From Candidatus Omnitrophota bacterium (lineage in GTDB: Bacteria; Omnitrophota; Omnitrophia; Omnitrophales; Aquincolibacteriaceae), in assembly GCA_022711115.1 (NCBI GenBank), contig JAKLFP010000002.1:15674-79673 (forward strand): DNA of 64,000 nt. The letters run 5' to 3'. Each line of letters opens with the position of its first letter. The stretch's first letter is position 1. Under the pieces are notes generated by a model that was given only the letters and a program-made list of their open reading frames with translations, made no database searches and was not told the origin of the DNA. Positions 15,101 through 27,100 of the stretch are shown here, in pieces. The translations under genes and the position numbers were made by a program.

Positions 15101-18100
15101 CGCATGGCTGCGGCGGTTCAGGAGATTCTCACCGATCTGATCAATCAGGATGCTTGGGCGATTCGGACCGTGGATGATCTTTCCGCATTCGTGCGCGAAA
15201 AGATCGAAGAGCTCCAACGTCCGGCGGCCGAGCTCCAAGGTCGAAGTGTTGCCGACATCATACTTCGCCAGACCGAACAGGATTTCAAAATCCGGAAACA
15301 GGAAGAGACCATCCAGAGGTTGGAGGACGGCATCCGTACTTGGGAGGACGCCTTAAAAGGCATGGCGCAGCATGAGCGGCTGCGCGTCATGGTCCGCTCC
15401 GGCGCCGGAGGCGCCATAAAGTCCTACACGCGCCAGGAGATCGAAAGCCGGATCCGGATGCTCCGCAGCCAGCTCAAGCGCGAGCAGGTTGCGCTTGAAG
15501 GGCTCCAAGGGGAACTCAAGCTGGCCCGCACTGAACTGAAGGAGGAGTCGAAAGCCCAGGCCAAGGTTGCTGTTCCGGCCGCCCGGAATGAGTTTGAAGT
15601 CTTCTTTTCCCCCGAACGCCGGAACGAAGGTCTCTCGACCGAAAACGAAGTTGCTTTGGGCGTTCTTGCCAAAGATATTTTATCCGACGCCGAGGGACAG
15701 CTGCTCGAGAGCTGGTTTGAGTATATCCGGAGCAGGAACCGCCAGGGGGATCCGCTTAATGAAGAGGCTCTCAAATATTTTCTTGAACTCCTCAGCATTG
15801 ATTACGAGGGACTGAAAAAACAGCCTGGATGGAATCTTCAGGGCCTGACATGGATCAGTAAATTGCGCGAGGTTGCGCAATTCCTGAAGCAATTCCACGC
15901 GCTCCGGAAAGATTTCACCAATCTTTCGTCGGAACATAGCCCGCTGCTCGACAAAGTCTTTCAGGCGCTCGTTCGCCTTTATCTTGTCTCGGTCCGGCGC
16001 CTGTCCCGTGGAACAGGGCTTGAGTTGATTTTACAGGCGAGACATATTGAGAAAATCGTTTCCGGGCTCATCGAGAAAGAAGTTGCGGATAAAACGGCCC
16101 GGTCCGTCATCCGGGCTTCGCTGATCACCTTGTTGAGTACTGAGACAATCACCAGTACTATTCAGAGGGTGGCCGGACTCTTTGACGGTCTGCAAGGCAA
16201 GCTGATTGACCGGCAAGAGCTCATGGACAAGGTACTTAAGGGGCAGGAGGACAAGTGGAGTAAACTTTTACCTGCTGCCGGCAAGGTCAGCCGGGCGGAG
16301 GCCGCTCAAGCTGCGGGGGAGGCTGCGCAGACCTATCTGGCAAATAATGGCAATCCACCAGGGAAGCCGGAAGACAAGATCGTAGCAAAGGATATTTTGG
16401 TCGACGGGGCCTCTTTGGAAGGACTCGCGGAAGAGGCCATGCGCGAAAAGGGAGAAAAGATGCAGAAATCCCTGACAGCGACGGCCCACCGAATTTTGAG
16501 GGCCATTCTTGAAACGACAAGCATGACTCATGAGCAGATTGAAGAGGTTATGACGGATTTGACAAATTGTTTTGATAAGGAAACAGGCGAACTTATAGAC
16601 CGCGATAAGTACAGGACCACCTTAAATCGGTTAGTAGGAGATCAAGATTCTGAGTTGAATGCCTATATCCGGGACGTTCTGGCCACTCGGATCGATCAGC
16701 TTCGTGTCATGGGCCAATCAGCCCTTGGGCATACCGAAGGTTTTGATACCTTTGTGAGAGAGTCCCTGGCGCTTGTGAATTTGGCTTACATGATGAGTTA
16801 TGGCCGTTCGGATGCTGAGGCCTACCGCGGGGTCCAGAGTCTCACCGCTGCGGCGGCCACAGGCTATGGCATCGCAAACTTTGGGACGGGGGAGGGAAAG
16901 ACCAAGACATCGGCCATGGTCCTGGTGGTTCACTTTTTGCGGAGCCCCAAGGACCGGCCGGTGATGCATATCGTGTCCCAGGATCGATTTGCCCAGGATA
17001 ATCTCGGTGAAATTCATCCGATTTTATCTTATCTGGGTATTGGGCATGACCGCCTGAGCCGCTCCGATGATAACAATAAAAAATCCGGGATGCTTCAACA
17101 TGACGGCATCGTCTACACCAGTGTCAGCACCTTTGTCTTCGAGTTTTTGACGGATAGGGCCAAATCAAAAGGCGAGCATGTCTTTCCTTATGATGAGGCG
17201 GAGGTCAACCCACTTCCTTTTATTATGAACATGGATGAGGTTGACAGTATTGCTATTGACCAGTCCCTGAACGCCTTCATCATCGCAAGCGCGGCGCAGC
17301 AGGCTCCTACCCAGGAGTATGCCTTGAAGTCTATCTGCGACGAAATCGCATCCTTCATGGTGCGCGGGAACCTGATTATGCGTGTCTCTGACAAGCGGCT
17401 CCAGGAAATCCGGCAGAGTGCGAAAGACGGCGAGGACCTCGGCCGTCAGGTTCTGGCGTTCGTTTCGGATTCGGGGCAGACCCACCTGACCCAGCAGGGA
17501 AAGCGCTATGTGCGCGAAGTCGTTGCTCAGGCCGTCACCGAGTACGGCTTCAAGAAACCCTATCAGGGTGATCTCGAAGATCCGGCCAATGACTGGCTTT
17601 GGAAACAGATTGGGAATGCGTTCGGGCCGCACACGGGCCAGTACGCCGCCAATCGGAATGTCAGCATCAGCTCAAACGGCGAAGTCAAAAATATCGACCA
17701 GGCTACAGGCAGCCATCAAAACACAAAAACAGCAGACGGTGTCCATCAAGCCATTGAGGTGGCGTTATCGAAGCTCTTTCCAAATCAGGGGATCACGGTC
17801 TCGAGTGACCACAGCCAGACCACGGACCGGATCACGTTCCGACAATTCATCGAACTTTTGGCCGCGACCACGAAAGTGGAGCACGGGGGTCGGAAGGTCC
17901 GGGTGAGGCAGTTGAGCGGTTATTCCGGGACCGCCCAGGAGGTCAGCAAGAACCTCAAAGAGGACCTGGGACTTCCCGGCGAGAACAAGCCGGTCGTTAC
18001 GATTCCTTCGTTTGCTCCCAAGGTGCGGGACAGCCACGCGACGTGGTACATTAACAGGTGGAGCGACGCCATGAAAAATCACAAGCTCGAATTCATCAAT

Positions 18101-21100
18101 ATAAGAATTCGCCGAGGCGGCGCGCCCAAGATCATGAAGTTTGAACATGGCAATACGGCTGCTGCAGTCCGTCAGTGGATGAAGCGCGATCATGCCAGGG
18201 CCCTTGAGCGGGTGAGACTCGATTCGGGATACAAACAATTATCTGACGCTCAAATTCTCAGTAAAATCGAGGAAGAATGGGCCACGGATAAGCTGAGCCC
18301 TCAAGCATTCGACGTGATTCGATCGAAGATGGAGCGTGGATTGCAGCTCAGCACGGATGAGGAATTGCTGCTTGCGAAGTTTTGGCTCCTCACCCTGGAT
18401 GAATTCCAAATTTACATGTATGACGGAACCGAGTCGTTCGCACAGGAGAAGAAAATCCTCGACCGTGACGGCGGGGAAGCCAATGCCCTGACGATCGGGA
18501 CCAATATCCTCGGCCGCGGAAAGGATTTCAAGCTGCTTGACCAGAATCAATTAATGGAGCTCTTAGAATTACTCTTGACACCAGAAGAATTTGAAAAATT
18601 GGCTCATTCCGTTGGTGAGGCATTTAAAAAGCTCAAAGACAAAGATTTGAGAACAAGTGTCGGGGAAGGCGAGGGCGATCCTCGAAATGATAATACTGAA
18701 AAGTTTAAGAAGATAGAGAAACTTCTGACCGAACATATTACAGACGCCTTTCAGGAAATAATTAAAACCAAGGAAGGAAATGGCCGTGTCAATTTGGTGC
18801 GGATACGTGATGCATTCTTGGCCCGGGCGTACGGATACCAGATGTTCCGGGAAGTGGCTAAATCCGCTCGTTCCGACACCCAGTCGCGGGGCCGAGCAGG
18901 CCGCCAGTTTGATATCGGCGCGGACTTTGAGTTCATGGTTTTTGAAGATGCGGATCAATTAAACGAGGAGTCGGAGGAGATCAGTTCGTCGCGGAAAAGC
19001 TTTGACGAGGGATTTCCGCATCTGGATTACAACTCCAGCCGCTGGATCAATCGCTTTTTGAATCAGCCGCCTGCCAAGGGCGGAGCGCAAACCCTTACCC
19101 GGCTGCTTTTTGTGGCTGCGCCTCTTGCGATTTTTGGGATCGTCGTGGGGCTAGCGGCTCCGCCGGTTGCGGCCACTCTGGCTGCACTGATCGCATTTGC
19201 GCCCGGTCTTTTCGCGATCATGACTTTGAGAAGGGACTCACTCGTTCATCCCGAGCACGGCGTTGTGAAAAAAATCACTTTGTCATCATTCATCAAAGAC
19301 CGCATCAGCCGTAAGGCCTTCTTCTTTACGAACGCTCATCAGCTGACGGTGGCGGGCCTTTCGGTGATGGGTGCCATTGCAGCGGGAGTGCTGGTCTTTG
19401 CCCTTGGCGCGGGTCTTGTTTCCGTGATCGCTGGCGGTGCGGTCCTGGCCCTGGTTTATTCCTCCTTTGTCCTGCGAAGCTGGGCTGCAAATCTGAATTT
19501 GGGTTTCATAAGCCGCATGATACAAACGCCGGGAGAAAAGATGGACCGTCGATTCTACGGTATCCTGACTCAAACACAATATAATAAGATAGGAAAACTG
19601 GATACCAAGGCTGTCGCCGAGATGGACCGTTTCAAAGCCATCAGCCAGGAAGGACATGAATGGTTCTACAGCCAGCAGCGCAGTTACCAGAATCGTTTTG
19701 ATGCGTTCCTCGAGAGTTTCTTAAGCCCCTTCATTGCAGGGGCCAACCGGCTGGATTGGACGAAGAAAGATGACCAAGAAGGGAAAGCGGAGAATGCTCC
19801 GGGTGCTCTGGGTAAAGTCTTGAATGGGATTTTTGGAAAAAGACTTCAAACTGCACCGGTTTACGAAGCATCGATGATTGTTGCTGCGGCTTTTGCCCTT
19901 CCTTTGCTTGTGCCTTTCGGCGGGTTGATCGCGCTGGCCCTGGTTGGGGGATACTTTGTGGGCAAAAATTATAAGCGTCTGGTTCAGCGTTCCATCGTGC
20001 CTATTCAATACATTCACGCCTATTTGGACAGGATTTTCTATGATTATGAAGCGGCCATGGTCCAATACGAAAAGCGTTATTTCGAGCTCTTGAAAAAGAA
20101 GACTCCCACGGAAATCCAGAAGGCCGTGCATCAGAAAATGAAAAAAGAAGGCCTGGACCAAAAGCAAGCCTATGACAGTGTCATCAATGAATTGAACGCC
20201 GAAACGAACGATCTTCTGAATCATCCTCCGGCTTTTGAGCTGAGGGACAAAGTCGCCTGCTATGACCCTGCGGCCAAGCGCTTCGGGGGACTCCGGCCCA
20301 AGAAGAGCACGCTCATCGATTTTGATCTCACGCTGCCGAAGCCGGTTCCCCAGGTAAGCGCGCAGTCCGGCGAATACGCAAAATTGGTTCGGCAGGCCAA
20401 AGCCGATTTTAAAGCACTGCGCGATCAGGTCGAGAACCTGCGCCGGGACCTGGAATCTCAAGATTTGACGAAGTTAATCACGCCTGAAATACTGCGGCAT
20501 CTTCATGGCATGGTCCGCAGCGAATTTATCGAGCGGGCGCAAAAAGCTCAAAATGAGTTTTATGATCAGCGGATCAATATTTTGGGCTTGGTCGTGGGGA
20601 TTCCTCTCATGCTGGCCGCTGGGTCTCTGGGATGGCTGGTCGGACGGAGCACCTGGCTTTCGAAATACGTGCAGAAGTGGCTCAAGGCCGAGCCGGGATT
20701 TTTCAGCTGGGCCCGTGCAGTCATGATGCATAAGTGGCTCAAGGGCTGGATTGGATCCTATGTGGGACTGCTCGTATTAAATTATCTGGATATGAACCTG
20801 AATTTGGCGGACTGGATGGCGCGCAAAATGGCGGAAGACGCGGTTTTCATCGGCCGCAACGCGCGCTTTGACGCCATTCATGGCAAACGCGATGACCTGG
20901 CCATGAATGCCATACTGAGCGGATTTGTAGGAAATGTCCTTGCGCCCGTGGCGGAAAAGGAAAGCGAAAAAAGGACGCCGCGCAGCACCACAGAGGCCCC
21001 CTCGAAATTGAAATGGTATCAAGACCCTTATTCCCGCGTGCAGGTTTATACGGAGGATGATTCCCGGTTGAGGAACGGAGAGGCGGCCGAACTTGTGGCG

Positions 21101-24100
21101 ACCCAGGACGATCATCACGTGCAGATCCAGAGGGTGGAGGAGGTATCCGAGCCGGAGCGGCCGGACGTGGACATTCAGCTTTCCAGGGAACGGGTGCTGG
21201 GCAGGGACGCGGGCGCCATGGATACGGGTTTTGCCCCGGTTCCGAAGCTCGAGAAGACAAGGACAAATTATGATGCGGAGGCCACCCGGGAGGTCAGGAT
21301 TTTTACAGGAAGTGAGCAACGTCTTGATGGCGGTAAGGTAAGGCTTCCTTTTGGGTTCGACTGTAGCGAAACGGATTGCAAAAAGAACGCGTCCATCGAG
21401 CTTCCGGCGCAACTTGCCGAGCAAGTGAAAAAAGACCCCAGGATTTTGGAGGATCTTGTCCGGGGCCGTGTGGGGATCGTCAAAATCGGAAACGAGTATT
21501 TCCTCGGCGGATCTGACAAGGAAGGTTATCATCTGGTGAATTTGGGGAGCGAAATCAATATGCGGACCCTGCGGGTCATTCAAGGCCTCAGGCACGATGC
21601 CCGGCTGGTTCGCATGGATGCCGGCGGCCGCATCTTTGTAGGCCGTGAGGAGGATATTCATTTTGACGGAGGGGAAAGCCAAATCGAGAATTTGGGTAAA
21701 GGTTCTGTGTTTATTGCCGGTTCGGACGGGATTTGGATCGTCGAAAATGTGAAAATAGGCGAGCAGGTCGTGATTGAAAGCAGCCGTTTGCAATCAACCG
21801 AGAATTGCCAAATTGAGAGAGGGGCCCAAGTGCGTCATTCTTCGCTAAGGGCCTCAAAAATCAATATTGGAAAACGGACCGTGGTGGACCAGGTTATGGA
21901 TTCGCGGAAAACAGAGTTCACGCTTCCTGCCAATGCCCAGGTCGTCGGCGTGACAGGGACGAGCGGCTCGATGGATACCGGGGAGGTTAAGGAAAGCGAG
22001 AAGTTTTTTGGAGTTGTGAATGAAACAGGGGAGTTGCTGCCAGTCGAGTCAGGCGAACCGGAAACCTATTATGTATTCAACCGCGGACTCATGGGCCGAA
22101 TGGACCGGCTGCTCCGGAGCCTTCATCTCATCATTGATCCTGCGCGCAAAGCGCTGGATATTGCAGAGCTGCATCACGATGCTGTGATGACGCTGGAGCA
22201 GGAATCCGGCATGTCACCCGACGACCTTGCGGCGCTCGGTCCGCATGCTGCGGAACTGATCGGTGCGCGGTCTGAAAAAGCGGGTTGGCCTGAAGTTCTG
22301 ACGCGGACCGCCTATCGCACCGTCCAAGCTAGTGTTGTTGTGGCAAGCCTCCTGTCGCTTATCGGACTGATTGTGGCGGCCTGTTTCAGTGTCGTTGGCT
22401 GGCCTGTGGTGATCGCTGCGGTTATTGCGGCGGCTGGGGTGAATGGCCTTGTCTGGCTGGAACATCGCGTCCAGGCGGTCAATAACCTGATTCGGAATCA
22501 TTTTGAAGGTTCCGCGCTCCGGGAACTTTCGACGATCATGTTGCATCGCCAGGTTCCCAAACAGGCTAGGATCGCTATGATACTTCTTTATCATCAACTT
22601 CGCGTTCGCAGTGAACAACCCTTAACCCCAAATCAAGCGGCGCAACAAATTCTCCGGTCCGGGATGTCGGTCCTGGGAGTCGGATTTGCCGCGCAGCAGC
22701 AGAATGAAAACCGGTATTCGGTCAAATTCCGTAAATATCAGGAAACGGTTAGGGCAGTGCGAGACTCCATGGATCAGAAGGTGAGCGCGGAGCTCTCCGC
22801 CAAAATTCTGCGGCGTGTGGCGATACCGGTTTTCGCAAAGGACAAGATGAAATTAGCCCGGATCTTAGGCGGCGCGGTCCATCGGTTGGATAAGACGGCG
22901 GAAGGTTATCCTTCGTATCAGCCGCTTTTGATTTCTGCTATGTATGAAACCGTGGTTTATAAGAGCTGGAAGGACAAGATCCGCGGGTGGTTCAAGAACC
23001 AGACTGTTATGAGGGTTGTCCAGGGGGCGCTGACCGTGATGGTCGGGGCTGCAGTCCTATGGACCCTGCCGATGCTCCTGCCTGAAATCGGCGCGATCGT
23101 GATCCTGAAATTGGGATTCGCGACGCTCCATGCCAGTGTCTTTATTACGTTGCTGAAGGGGTGGCTCATCATGGCAACCCTGCAATCCGTTTTGCGCAGA
23201 GCCGATTCGATCCTTGCGAGCGACGAAGCCCAGAAGAAAGCTCTTGAGGAGGCCCGGATCCAGGGATATGGAAGGATGAGCATGCTATGGAAACGACTTA
23301 AAACGAACCGGATGATGTCCAGGCTGTTCTCCTACAAGCTCTTCAGTTATGACGCAATCAAAATGACCGGATGGTACAAACTACCGGGATGGATTTCCGA
23401 CCGGTTGGCCGCGTGGGCCGGAGGGGATGCTGAAACGCTTTTACGGCGGGCGCTTGGCGGGCTTGGACACGGCATGGGGCAGAATTACTGGCGGGAGGGA
23501 TTGATGGTTGCTCATGCCCGGTTGCTGGAAATAGAAGCCTCGAACGTGTCCGAAGAAGTTAAGGCAAAGGCGCGAAGCGATTTTCAAAAGCTTGCCCGGT
23601 TCGTGACGGAAAGGCGGCACAACCTAAATTGGGATGATGCCAAACACAGCGATGACACTTACCGAGAATTTGATAATTTATTCAAAACTTTCGATCCGCT
23701 GCTTCTGGATGCATGGCACAGCGCGCGCAAGCACGAGCGTGAGTGGTCGATTGAGGAGTTCTTTGTCGCCAATAGCAACGATGAAGAGGTCGTGCATGCT
23801 TTGGCTCGCCTCGCGTCCTGTACGGCCCGCAAGGTCGACATGACAAGAAATCTTAAGCAGCGCGAAGCCATTGAAGCCATCAAAAAAGATCTTTGGGATC
23901 CCTTCCTGGCCCTGAAACAAAAACTGGACAGCGGCCGGGCGAGTGAGATCACCGAGGATGAAAGGGCCCTTGCGCAGGAAACGCTCGGTAAACTTCTTGC
24001 GGAATTCAACCTGGGCGCAGAGCCTGGGAAGGAGCTGACCGTAGGAGACCTGTTTGAGGGTGAATATGATCCTTCAGTAGCGCGTCAGGACCGTCTGATG

Positions 24101-27100
24101 GTCCCGGTCTTCCATCACGGCAAATACTATACCCTGGGATTGGTCCTCAATATAGGCACTTTGGCTGAGGTGTCCGATATTCCCTTTGTGAGAAATCAAT
24201 TGCTGCGCGCTCAGGCAAACCGTACCCTGCTTGAATCGAATCCGCAGGGCTTTGAAGAACTCTACCTGCGGGCGCGTCAGGACTATCTTAAAAAAATGGG
24301 CAAGCCGGCGGATGCCATGGGCATTACCTTTATCGTGGAGACAAAAACAGCCAAGCGTCTCGCCCTGAAGCATTATGCCAAGGGGCAGCTTCACGACGAT
24401 GCATTCTCGGGAACCCGGACCTTTAACGCGGGCACTATTTATGAAAAAGGCTACTTTGCCTCGATCGATATTTCGGTGCTGAGAAAGGAATATGCCAAGG
24501 GATCGAATAGTCACGAGGTGCAGCACTTTATTCATCCCAATGCATCTGGCCGAGATATGGAAACCAATATCATTGAAGAATTCATCAACTATATGTTTCA
24601 GGAGGACGCCGACACCTTTGATGTGGATTCCGGGTCTTTATACGATCTGGAAAAGATCGTCGAAGAAAAAATTGAGCAGTACCTCCGGTACAATGAAGGC
24701 GACAAGCTGATGGATCATTTTACGCAGGATGAATATGTCAAGGCCAAGGTCCGCGCCCAGAACGCTTTGAAATCCGTGCTTGCGTTCCGGATGGTGCTTC
24801 GCGAAATCCTCGCCCAAAGGCAAGTGCTGGACCCGGAGGCCATGGCGAAAAGGCTCGTCAATCTGTTCCTCTGGAATGCCCGGTCCTTTGATGATCTGCT
24901 GGCGATTCAATCCGTGATCCAGGACCGGGGCCGCGCCGTGGAATTTGTCAACCTCCTTGCGGAGATGGGTGTGCTGGGGGAGGGCCGCGAGGATTTTCTT
25001 TATAACGCAGACGAGATCGCAACGGACAAGGCTACCGTGAATGCCGCACTTGAGCGACGTCTCCAGGCCCAGCTTATCGAAGATTATCAACGTCAAGGCG
25101 TCGCGGCGGCTCATAGCCGCTTGCGGCAGCATCTTAGGTCCGTCCAAAAGGCATTCGAGCGTGAAAAGGAACTGATGAATTTAGGTATCGATCATTATAA
25201 GCATCAAATCATGATGTATGAGCGCCAGGGCAAGGACACGACGGAATTAGAAAGCAAACTGAAACAGGCCGAGCAGGAGCTCAAGAACTTCGAAGAGGCA
25301 CATAAGAAGTTGATGAGTTCGCTTCAGAAGAGTCTGATGGATGGCATGTTCGGTACAGCGGCATTCAGAAAAGACGTGCTGGATATGGGGCAAAACTTCA
25401 GGCAGAAGAAGGAGGAGTTCCTGAAGAGCTTTGGCGAGAAGGTGGCGCTGCACCGGAAGGATCCCTCGAAGGACGATCTGTTTAAATTTTTGGGCAAGGA
25501 GCTGCCGCTTTTGGCTGAGACGGCGCGCAAAGGCCTGGTGGGTTTTCAAGATCAGCCGGAAGCGGAGATCGATAAGGTCCTTGCGGAGATTCAAAGGGAT
25601 TGGATAGAGGCGCTTCACCTTTCTCTCATGCATGATCTCGTGAAGGCGGATTCCCTGAAGGCCTATGGACGGATGGAGCGGGAATTTTACCGGATGTATG
25701 AGATCATTACGAGCGAATCCGAGAAGAAGATGCGCTGGCTGGATCCGATTTCGGTCCAGGACCACCGGCGGGCCAAGCTCTACGAAATTAACCCTTCAAG
25801 TATTGCCCGCTACGGTTTTGCTTTCAAATTCATGAATGACTCGCTGGAGCGTATCCTGCTCGGGCAGGACCAGGATGTGGATACGGATCGGCGGATTCAG
25901 ATGGCGGACCGTTTCAGGCTGCAGGTGGAAGCTGAGGCCAAAAAGAAAGAGCCCAAACAGCATCCCCAGATCCATCTTTGGGAGGAATTCGGGGCGCGCT
26001 ATCTGCAGGCCCTTTTCTGGAACCATACGAAACGGCCCGGGGTTGAAAAATTTATCAACACCACTCTGAAGGATGCAAAACACCGGGCCCTTGGCGATCA
26101 CACCACAAAACGCGTGGTAGACCGCAAGAACGGAGTTTATTTATCCGAGCTCACTACGGAGCGTGTAGAACTGGCTGATTTGATGATGCAGGCCCAATTG
26201 GATTATGAGTTGATGGTCCAGTGGACCTCCGCGAATAAGAAACTGATTACGACCGGCATGCGTTCCGTGGGAACGGAAAGCTTCGGGAAGGACGGTTTCT
26301 TCCGTCTGCTTCATAATCACCCGACCCACCGAAAAGGCGGGGTTGTCGATATCCAGACCGTGCCGAGTTTGACGGATCCGAACTGTGACGGCGTGCTGCA
26401 GCTTGTGACGGGCGGCAAGGCCTATATTGTCAGCGAATACGGAGTGACCCGTTTCTATTTGGATACAACGGTGGATACGCAGGGACTCGGGGAAGTGGTC
26501 TTTGATGACGGCATGCCGTATAGTTTTGAGGAGGCCTCTAAAAAAGCGGATGAGCGCGCCAAGAGTCAGAAGGGGTACAGTTTCGGATATCAGCATCAGG
26601 AGCCCGGGAAACCCGAGGTCAAGGTGAGGGTTGACTTCGTGCCCTGGCAGGCCATTGTACGTGCTGCTCAGCGTCCGGGCGGCATGGCCGCCGTCCATAG
26701 CTTTATGCCGTTTGTCATCTGCACCGATCCGGCAGCGCTGCGCCACTTGAGCAAAAAACTGGAAGCCTTTAAAGTGCCTGCTGCGCGCTCGGAAATTCGT
26801 TTAACTGAAGCGCCCGCACGTGCTGAACTTAAACAGGAGATGATTGAACAGAGACTTGATATTCGTATGCTGCTGACGAAGGTTTTGGGAGGACAGGTTG
26901 ATTGGATTTCCTTGCTCCCCGAACAGGGTTTCATGCCGGCTCCGTCCTTGCCGATTCAACCGCGTGAATTTGCCGGAGCCAATGCTCTCTTGCTGCCCGG
27001 GTCGCAGCAGGGGATACCTGGATTGTCGATTCCGCAGGTTCAGGGTTTGCAATTGCCTGGGATTACAGATCGGGATGTCGAGATTCGAGATAGAGACTTA

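Noticed and set aside
20777-21793. 338-aa minus-strand ORF, along with many other 60-260-aa antisense ORFs (for example 3920..4705, 19721..20461, 14633..15238), inside the giant gene
   Set aside because: All are fully embedded antisense within the long, coherent plus-strand frame and have Arg/Pro/Gly-rich compositions typical of antisense frames. They are treated as non-coding.
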